Source: a phage. From it: a DNA stretch of 64,000 bases. The position numbers and the translations under genes were made by a program. The stretch is from the sequence record PZ445487.1; one strand, 5' to 3'. Below are positions 48,493 through 55,601 of the stretch, in pieces. The notes beneath the pieces are model-generated. The model searched no databases, was not told the origin of the DNA, and saw nothing but the letters and a program-made list of their open reading frames with translations. Every line of letters starts with the position of its first letter. Position 1 is the stretch's first letter.

Positions 48493-48997
48493 TCACCACC
48501 TGACATGTCTTGTCAAGATCGATACGCGGATATCCAAAGATTCCTGCTATCAGAGAACCAGGGAACTGGCCAAGTTTAGTTTCATAGATCGCACATGCGT
48601 CCAATTTTTTAGTTTGGCTAATGCGGAATTCATCCCGACCTGAGCTGATAACAACCTGAATCTCTTTGTACAAAGATGAATCAAACTGAATATTCTGTTC
48701 CTGAATCCATTGCATTACTGCTTTAGAACCGTCTGCGCCATAACGGCCTTGGAAAGTATCTTTGATCACTTCCTTCAAACCGTTTTTGTACATGTCAGGA
48801 ATCTGCGCCGTCTCCTGAACTTTGAGCGTGTAGTTGCTCAGGTGGTTTTCAGAATCTTTGTTGAACTTTTTGACCTGTTGTTCAATGCGGTTGAAGTCAT
48901 TGAAATAGCTAACCACACTGCCAATCCCAATTACAGCAAATGCTAGAATCGCCAACCCAACAATCCAACCAATTGAAATACCTTTACGTTGTGACAT
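48428..48997 (-). CDS. LemA-family membrane protein
   Basis: N-terminal TM helix; C-terminal LGQFPGSLIAGIFGYP matches LemA VxKFPGxLIA motif. Confidence 0.5.
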   Translation of the reverse strand: MSQRKGISIGWIVGLAILAFAVIGIGSVVSYFNDFNRIEQQVKKFNKDSENHLSNYTLKVQETAQIPDMYKNGLKEVIKDTFQGRYGADGSKAVMQWIQEQNIQFDSSLYKEIQVVISSGRDEFRISQTKKLDACAIYETKLGQFPGSLIAGIFGYPRIDLDKTCQVVSDTRTQAAFDSGVQTPINFKG

Positions 48998-49012
48998 CTT
49001 TACTTCCTCTTG

Positions 49013-50122
49013 TTAAAACAAACGTTTATAAGTTCGACCATTGTACTGCATGCGGCCTAATATGAAAACTGCGGTAAAAGGGATACATCCAAACAGCACG
49101 ACGATAATCACTTCCCAAGTTTTAAGATCTCGCCATTTCAGATATTCCATTTCCTTCATCTCAACTCGGTTGTATCCCTTACTGATATTGACCGCAACTT
49201 CTTGGAACACGGATATGCCCATTGGTTTCCCAGTCAATGAAAGTCCGTTACGAGAATGGAGTTCCATGTTGTTCATGCCGTCGGCAAATGACGTAGACTT
49301 ACCCCAATTAATTTTCATATCCTTTGAAATATCGGTGACTACAATAACATCGTTCTTTTTACCGCCAGACCATGCATATAGAAGTCCCTGAAAATATTCA
49401 ACAGGCTGGCCAGAAGTCACAACCCAAACGATATTAACCTGACGTGAAGCACCTAATGTTTTCAGAGTATTGTTCAGATAATCATTCCAGTAATCAACAG
49501 GAATGTCCATCCCTGACATATTCAGAACACGAGTTACTCGGTAATAATCATACACCCTCGGATATGAAGGGATATGCTCTTTGAACTTCTCGGCGAATTT
49601 CTGGTCAGATTTAGAGAATAATGAATCTTTGTTGCCCAGCACATAATTCATATATGAATGTTCACGTGCCGCAGGTTCCCCGATTTTAACTTGTGCCCAA
49701 CGCGGAGGCTCTGTAGTACCCTGACGATCAATACGGTCAATGCTCAGATCACCGACGGTTGTTAATACGTCCCAATCAACGTCATAAGAGTGCTCATAGC
49801 ATGTGCTGCAATGACGCGTTTGTGTACAAGATCGGTTATTTCCTGAACCTGTACAAGATGTTGTGTAATAACACATACATTCATAAGAATGTTCACAACC
49901 CACCTTATTCCGTTGCTTATCAGTTACATATCCATTCAGGATTTCCACGTCCCCAGAACTACCAAGGGAGAAAGCAGCATATAATCCCGACTGGATAAGG
50001 CAAGACAATACGATAACAATGGCCGTGGCGATCAAAGTCTCCTTTGGCTCATGAGTCTTGCGGTGATATATCACAAACAAGATGGCCAAAATTACAGGAA
50101 CCACAAACAGAAGGTAAATCAT
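49013..50122 (-). CDS. Cys-rich membrane protein (TM helices at both ends)
   Basis: 369 aa; N- and C-terminal hydrophobic helices; cysteine-rich segment CEHSYECMCYYTTSCTGSGNNRSCTQTRHCSTC. Confidence 0.5.
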   Translation of the reverse strand: MIYLLFVVPVILAILFVIYHRKTHEPKETLIATAIVIVLSCLIQSGLYAAFSLGSSGDVEILNGYVTDKQRNKVGCEHSYECMCYYTTSCTGSGNNRSCTQTRHCSTCYEHSYDVDWDVLTTVGDLSIDRIDRQGTTEPPRWAQVKIGEPAAREHSYMNYVLGNKDSLFSKSDQKFAEKFKEHIPSYPRVYDYYRVTRVLNMSGMDIPVDYWNDYLNNTLKTLGASRQVNIVWVVTSGQPVEYFQGLLYAWSGGKKNDVIVVTDISKDMKINWGKSTSFADGMNNMELHSRNGLSLTGKPMGISVFQEVAVNISKGYNRVEMKEMEYLKWRDLKTWEVIIVVLFGCIPFTAVFILGRMQYNGRTYKRLF

Positions 50123-50505
50123 AACACACCATCCACGAGTTGTTCCTTCGTCATACCAAGAAGTTGATTTTTATGCTCAGATTTAGCCCCATTTTTCAAC
50201 AACAGATCCCAACGTTCTTCATGATACTGTGGAGTCATTGCATCGTCAAAAGAAACATGGTGGAGATGCATAATTGTTGCAACGGTATGAAGAACGATTG
50301 CTGTTTCTCTTTTTAAAGCACGTGTATCCGTGATATGGTCTTCATATTCGATTCCCATCAAATCGAGTTCTTTTCGGATATATGCTATAGACAAATCACC
50401 TTCAGAATGCAATTTAACAATAGTCGCTTTCTTAGGATGTAACACGCCGTCTGTTTCTTTCATGAACAGATCGTACAGGTACTGTTTGTATTCGGACTGT
50501 GTCAT
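50119..50505 (-). CDS. hypothetical protein
   Basis: 128-aa ORF. Confidence 0.4.
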   Translation of the reverse strand: MTQSEYKQYLYDLFMKETDGVLHPKKATIVKLHSEGDLSIAYIRKELDLMGIEYEDHITDTRALKRETAIVLHTVATIMHLHHVSFDDAMTPQYHEERWDLLLKNGAKSEHKNQLLGMTKEQLVDGVL

Positions 50506-50714
50506 TTAGATTCTCCCATGACGATAACAGGAGCGCCATTACGGAAACAACTATATTCTGCAGGAAGACCTTCGCGAACCTTCTGGGCGAACGCTTCAGA
50601 AACAACCAAACGACCAACCAGAGGTTCTTTTTGTTTTGGGGTGGACTCAAAGTAATCACCAAAAGTCGCTTCCATATCGAGCACAGACATGTCTTCAATT
50701 CGTTGCATTGCCAT
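50502..50714 (-). CDS. hypothetical protein
   Basis: 70-aa ORF. Confidence 0.3.
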   Translation of the reverse strand: MAMQRIEDMSVLDMEATFGDYFESTPKQKEPLVGRLVVSEAFAQKVREGLPAEYSCFRNGAPVIVMGESK

Positions 50715-50725
50715 GATATAGGACC

Positions 50726-50917
50726 TCAGTATAATTTCGTATAAACTTGTTTAACGCCAATATCGGCAGGAGCTGTGCTCTGCTGCATATTATAGAATGC
50801 CAAATCTGCTTGTTCTTTGTTTTCAAAATCAACTACAACTGTGTGTACTGATATTGCTTCACCCTGTCCATAAGCATAACAACGGCTGGTGACCAATATT
50901 TTGTATTGAGGTGTCAT
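50726..50917 (-). CDS. hypothetical protein
   Basis: 63-aa ORF with AAGGA RBS. Confidence 0.4.
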   Translation of the reverse strand: MTPQYKILVTSRCYAYGQGEAISVHTVVVDFENKEQADLAFYNMQQSTAPADIGVKQVYTKLY

Positions 50918-50941
50918 AAAATCAATCCTTGCAAAAAGAAA

Positions 50942-50980
50942 GGGGAACGGGCTAATAATAACCCATTCCCCTTTATTGAA
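50942..50980 (-). promoter_or_regulatory. composite terminator/promoter element (TTCAAT N14 TATTAT in hairpin loop, T-run)
   Basis: minus orientation TTCTTCAATAAAGGGGAATGGGTTATTATTAGCCCGTTCCCCTTTCTTT; approximate. Confidence 0.5.
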
Positions 50981-51000
50981 GAACGCAATCGCAATCAGAT

Positions 51001-51167
51001 TACTTTTTCTTCAGCTCGTCCAGTTTGGCTTCGATTTGTTCCAGGATGTCTTTACCCTTCTGAACAATCACTTCACCGTCTTGCGCGTGTTTGCGAAAGA
51101 CCAGAGCGCCAGCGATGAAGCCGACAACCACACCAGGAAGCGCATAAACCAACAGATCTTGTAACAT
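51001..51167 (-). CDS. small membrane protein (55 aa, below ORF-track cutoff)
   Basis: MLQDLLVYALPGVVVGFIAGALVFRKHAQDGEVIVQKGKDILEQIEAKLDELKKK; GAGGA RBS; coordinates +/-2. Confidence 0.35.
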
Positions 51168-51202
51168 GATAATATCCTCACTTTATAGCGAGGATATTTA
51201 TA

Positions 51203-52444
51203 TCAGCGTTTCAAGAGTGTCATGAGGTTCACACTTTTAGAAGGATACACAGTACCATTTCGGCTCATGGTGTCCAATTTACCAACTGACAAACAAACCT
51301 CAGACGGTTCCCAACGTGTACCCTGCTGTAAATGCCAGATATGTAGAGGAACACCCGTCTCAAAGAACACGGGCATCTTCCACTTCTGGACGCCTGGAAC
51401 GTGCCCTGCAGGAGCCTTCTCACATAACAGGGTATCTGGTAGCCAGAGTGAACGGGCTTCCCAGAGAGGTGCACAGGAGTATTCAGGCCAAATACGTTCC
51501 ATATAATCGATCTCGTCCCATGTACGCTCGGCGTCCCACCCGATGTAACGGGTATTCTTCAGTCGGAAGAATTTCTTCAACCAACAAGCACCGGAGGTCT
51601 CAAAGTTCAGACGATTGATAAACGTGATGTGGCCAAACTCTTCAACGCATTCCTGAAACGCTTTCTCAAGGTCGGTTTCGAGTATATCACATTCTTCGTC
51701 TGTAATAGGACAACCGTTAATCTTTTTCTTCCCGTGCTTGGTCACCCAATCATCACGGTTGGATAAGAATGCCGCGCCGTTACGATTGGATTCGCTACCA
51801 TCACGGTCACGCAACATGAAACCAGGGACGTCTATATCCCATATGTTACCGAAGACCATGTTCAGGGCTTCCAGGAAGTTCCATGCGCTCAGGCGACCGA
51901 AGTATTTCCATGACATCGCCGTATTCCACAGTTCGGTGAATTGGTCTTCCTTGGTAGTGCATTCCAACATCCAACGAAAAGAATCCATTTGGGTTTTACC
52001 ACCCAACCAATCGATATAGGACTGAACGCACGGAATCATCTTCGACTTACGATAACGACAATCTGTATCGAAGCGCATACGATCAAAGTTCAGGTTATAC
52101 CAATCAGAAAATCGCTGAAACTCTTTCGGAGATTGTGGGGGTACAGGAAATTCACTGTAAATTGTCCATGGTCCAATCCCATTATAGCAACAACCCCACA
52201 AAAAGGCCATCCAAATCTTGCGCTCGATCTTCTCGAGCTGTGTGATGCCTTCTGTAACCTCGATGGCATAATCCATCAGACGGACTTGCTGGTTATGCTC
52301 TTCAGTGTAGGATAGCGCCTCCACCCATGCCTTGAGCAGGTACATGCGATTTTCTGGCTTACGATAATCTACTGCCAGATCAATCGGGTATTTCCATTTT
52401 TCAGGGGCTTTATATCCCTGCGGCATTTTAGAAATGTGTATCAT
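51203..52444 (-). CDS. hypothetical protein (candidate DNA base-modification enzyme by context)
   Basis: 413-aa Trp/Cys-rich protein with no recognised family, directly upstream of P-loop kinase and nucleotidase genes. Confidence 0.5.
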   Translation of the reverse strand: MIHISKMPQGYKAPEKWKYPIDLAVDYRKPENRMYLLKAWVEALSYTEEHNQQVRLMDYAIEVTEGITQLEKIERKIWMAFLWGCCYNGIGPWTIYSEFPVPPQSPKEFQRFSDWYNLNFDRMRFDTDCRYRKSKMIPCVQSYIDWLGGKTQMDSFRWMLECTTKEDQFTELWNTAMSWKYFGRLSAWNFLEALNMVFGNIWDIDVPGFMLRDRDGSESNRNGAAFLSNRDDWVTKHGKKKINGCPITDEECDILETDLEKAFQECVEEFGHITFINRLNFETSGACWLKKFFRLKNTRYIGWDAERTWDEIDYMERIWPEYSCAPLWEARSLWLPDTLLCEKAPAGHVPGVQKWKMPVFFETGVPLHIWHLQQGTRWEPSEVCLSVGKLDTMSRNGTVYPSKSVNLMTLLKR

Positions 52445-52626
52445 CCGATTTTACTCCCGAGTTCAACACGGAACGCCAGATAGAAGAAAGTGGCGATCGA
52501 TACTGGACAGATCACCAAGAATGGGCGCTGTTGCACCCCTTCTGTGACCATGACGCCGACCAGCGAAACCGTAAAGATAACGAACATCAGCATCATGAAG
52601 ATAAAATCAACATGCTTGATTTTCAT
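52441..52626 (-). CDS. small membrane protein
   Basis: 61-aa hydrophobic ORF. Confidence 0.3.
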   Translation of the reverse strand: MKIKHVDFIFMMLMFVIFTVSLVGVMVTEGVQQRPFLVICPVSIATFFYLAFRVELGSKIG

Positions 52627-52993
52627 CTTTCACTTCCTCTACAGGAGAAACAACTTCAGGCTCAGCTTCGGGAGCCAGCTGAATTTCTTCGGGGCTTACT
52701 ACGGGCTGTCCCAGAGACCAGATAGGCAGGAAACGACGATCATTCGTCACCAACCAAATTTGCTTGGCGGTTTTCGTCTTTTCGGAAATAAAATGCTGGG
52801 CATTGACCTGGGTACGAGCCAAACCCACCTGACGCCAAGAACCGAAATCCTTAGAAGAAGGATTGGTATTCAGTTGAAATTGTGGGACGATTTTATTCTG
52901 TTCCGGATAATAACGGACAGCGTTAATCATCTTCGCATCACCACGGTAATCAATAGCAACAGCGACAACGTTGCGTGGAATGAGGATTTTCAT
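52607..52993 (-). CDS. hypothetical protein
   Basis: 128-aa ORF. Confidence 0.4.
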   Translation of the reverse strand: MKILIPRNVVAVAIDYRGDAKMINAVRYYPEQNKIVPQFQLNTNPSSKDFGSWRQVGLARTQVNAQHFISEKTKTAKQIWLVTNDRRFLPIWSLGQPVVSPEEIQLAPEAEPEVVSPVEEVKDENQAC

Positions 52994-52994
52994 T

Positions 52995-53198
52995 TTAATT
53001 CCTTTTGAAACTCTGAATTATGTTATAGACGAAAGGCGTTAATAAGATAGCACCCCCCAAATAATATAACGCGTAAACGTTCAATATTTCGGTTGAATCC
53101 AACTCAACGATGCCCAAATATTTCATGACACCGACAAGCACAGCTGTGATACACATCACCAATCCGACGAACACAAAATATTTAGACATCTGTTTCAT
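52995..53198 (-). CDS. small membrane protein (2 TM)
   Basis: 67-aa hydrophobic ORF. Confidence 0.35.
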   Translation of the reverse strand: MKQMSKYFVFVGLVMCITAVLVGVMKYLGIVELDSTEILNVYALYYLGGAILLTPFVYNIIQSFKRN

Positions 53199-53200
53199 TT

Positions 53201-54106
53201 CTAACCCTTACTCAACAGGCCGAGAAGGGATACAGAGGACTTTGTTACCTCTCCCTTGGCGCTCGCCTTGGTTTTAGATTTGGTCGCCTTCTCAGGGACT
53301 CGATGCGCTAGAGGATCATCCCCACCGACTTCACGCGTCATTGGGTCAGTTTCACAGAATCCGTAGAAATCTTTGATGTCCAGACCCATGGCGTGAAACT
53401 CACCACGCATTTGATGATGAATAGCGTTGCCAATCACCCATAAAGGTGCATCAAACGGCATCATGGCTAATTCGCTATCATTTCCTGTTTTGAATTCTTG
53501 AGTGTTTGTAGGCGATTGACGGTACAACACGTCTTGCCCGCTGTAGTCATTGACCACCACTTCCCAACCCAGCACCAGCATTTCAGTCTTCGACTTCTCA
53601 AACTCCTTGGAGTAAGATTCGTTGCGTGACCAGCCGGAGTCCCCTGCTTCCTTACCAGAGCGACCACGGATGCGTGCATCATACTGATAGCGGTCTGGGT
53701 ATGCAAAATAAAGCAACGCCAGAGATTCAATCGGATAGTTCTTGAACATCCATTCAGGACGCCATTTATCCGATAGCATGAGGGGTTCACCCTCGCACAC
53801 CAAAGTGTAACCCTGAGCCAGCCAGCCTTTGACCAGATCACGGGCGATATCACCCGAGCCTGTGGCGGCGTGGATGGCGTCCATGGAAGTCCAGGAAGCC
53901 AGGCCGGATTTGTTGGACACAGTATACTGGCCAACGAAGATTAACTTCAGCTCTTCGAACTTCAGGCCGAATGGGCGCGTCTTGTCACCAATGGTGTAGG
54001 TGAGTTCAGTAGGCTCCAGCTTAGTTCGGAGCCATTCGATGAACTGGACTACTCTCGTACCCTTGCCCGTGGCCGAGGTGCCTTTCACTACAATTATTTT
54101 AGCCAT
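53201..54106 (-). CDS. P-loop kinase-like protein
   Basis: N-terminal IIVVKGTSATGKGT Walker A-like loop; 301 aa. Confidence 0.45.
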   Translation of the reverse strand: MAKIIVVKGTSATGKGTRVVQFIEWLRTKLEPTELTYTIGDKTRPFGLKFEELKLIFVGQYTVSNKSGLASWTSMDAIHAATGSGDIARDLVKGWLAQGYTLVCEGEPLMLSDKWRPEWMFKNYPIESLALLYFAYPDRYQYDARIRGRSGKEAGDSGWSRNESYSKEFEKSKTEMLVLGWEVVVNDYSGQDVLYRQSPTNTQEFKTGNDSELAMMPFDAPLWVIGNAIHHQMRGEFHAMGLDIKDFYGFCETDPMTREVGGDDPLAHRVPEKATKSKTKASAKGEVTKSSVSLLGLLSKG

Positions 54107-54447
54107 TATGCATCTTCCTCAATACGCCAGCTCACACCGCCCAACCAGGGAGACCAGAAAACAGCAACCTGTGGACGTTCGTTTTCTACAAACTTCACTT
54201 TATACTGGTCTTCAAAGTTATAGAAAATTTCATCGTCATCTGGTGCCATACCGTTTTCTATCAGAACACGCTTTAACTCCAGCGCCGCACCAACGGAAGT
54301 GGGTGTGGTTTGTTTACGAATGAAGTTGTTCACATGGATAATAACGCCATCCATATCGCTATCACCGGAACGCTTGTCTGGGGTTTCCCCAAACTTAGAT
54401 TGTTCTTGCACGATGTCCTCCTCAACGGACGTATTGATAATGGCCAA
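54106..54447 (-). CDS. hypothetical protein
   Basis: 113-aa ORF. Confidence 0.4.
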   Translation of the reverse strand: MAIINTSVEEDIVQEQSKFGETPDKRSGDSDMDGVIIHVNNFIRKQTTPTSVGAALELKRVLIENGMAPDDDEIFYNFEDQYKVKFVENERPQVAVFWSPWLGGVSWRIEEDA

Positions 54448-55204
54448 TCAGGCGATTCACCACTTCGACAATATTACGGTTCAGGAAGTCGAAGTGGTTC
54501 TGGCCTTCTACTGGTTTAATATAAAGCATATCTTCCGAGTTCGAAAGATCCAGTTTTTCATAATTTCCCTGAGGAACAAAGATGACAAAAATATTGTTCA
54601 TCGCACAGGGTTCAACGTATTTCGGGTTATCATCAATTAAAACATCACCTGCCAAAAGATGCTTTTCGTCGGTGCTGACAAACCCGTTGAAGATGCCAGG
54701 GAACTTGTCATAGACAAACTGGCGCTTGCTGCGCTCGTGTTCTGGCTCACACTTAGATACTGCGATCAATTCAACATTTTCAAAGTCTTCGAGTAGGATC
54801 TTCTTCAGATTCACCAGGAACTCGTAAGCGCCTGGAAGCGGGTTCATCTTGGCATACAGGTCCGGCATGCGCCACCAATCCATAGGATCACGTCCTGTAG
54901 GTGAATCCATCCATTGACCAGCAACAAACACACGGCGTGTCAACCATGCTGGGTGAGCGCGTTCCCGCATGAGGATCGCCAGATCACCAGCATGAGCCAT
55001 ATAGCACTCTTTGGTGATTGGTTGAAATTCAGATGGGTAGTCGTGACAACCCATGTTTTCCGCAGCAGCTTTTGAATTGGAAATATTAAACCAATCCACC
55101 CAAGGGGAGAGGCTATCAACCAAAGTCAAGTCTACGTCTACCAGGATACGATACATTCCACCGATTTTAGAATTGGCATCATACAGACCAACATGATTAT
55201 TCAT
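54422..55204 (-). CDS. HAD-superfamily 5-prime-deoxynucleotidase-like (NT5C-like) protein
   Basis: HAD motif I ILVDVDLTLVD and C-terminal GDVLIDDNP motif; start set to ATG with GGAGAAG RBS. Confidence 0.5.
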   Translation of the reverse strand: MNNHVGLYDANSKIGGMYRILVDVDLTLVDSLSPWVDWFNISNSKAAAENMGCHDYPSEFQPITKECYMAHAGDLAILMRERAHPAWLTRRVFVAGQWMDSPTGRDPMDWWRMPDLYAKMNPLPGAYEFLVNLKKILLEDFENVELIAVSKCEPEHERSKRQFVYDKFPGIFNGFVSTDEKHLLAGDVLIDDNPKYVEPCAMNNIFVIFVPQGNYEKLDLSNSEDMLYIKPVEGQNHFDFLNRNIVEVVNRLIGHYQYVR

Positions 55205-55541
55205 CAGACTTCTCCACTTGATCATAACCAGTTGCGGTGCATTGCTCTTCTGTGCAATCTGCATACAGAACCACAGAAGATTCCTTCACGTAAGTGGTGC
55301 AGTGATAGGTTTCATCTTCCTGGATGGAATCATCATAATTGCAAACAGTTTGCAACGGACCAGGAGTGGTGTTGTCCAAAGCTGCATGTGCCTTGATGGT
55401 GTCTTCCATCTTATTCACCGCTTGCTGATTGGTGAACGTCGGCGCATCGAGGTCAACAGTAGACGCAACGTCCAGAAGGGTAGAGCATGCAGTGGTAGAG
55501 AAAGCCAGAGCACACACCAGAAGAATCTTATTGAGTTTCAT
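55197..55541 (-). CDS. putative lipoprotein
   Basis: MKLNKILLVCALAFSTTACS signal peptide with lipobox-like cysteine. Confidence 0.45.
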   Translation of the reverse strand: MKLNKILLVCALAFSTTACSTLLDVASTVDLDAPTFTNQQAVNKMEDTIKAHAALDNTTPGPLQTVCNYDDSIQEDETYHCTTYVKESSVVLYADCTEEQCTATGYDQVEKSDE

Positions 55542-55601
55542 AACAATACCTGTTGTCAAAGGGATAACAGGGGGAATTATATCCCCCTTTGGTTTATTGA
55601 A

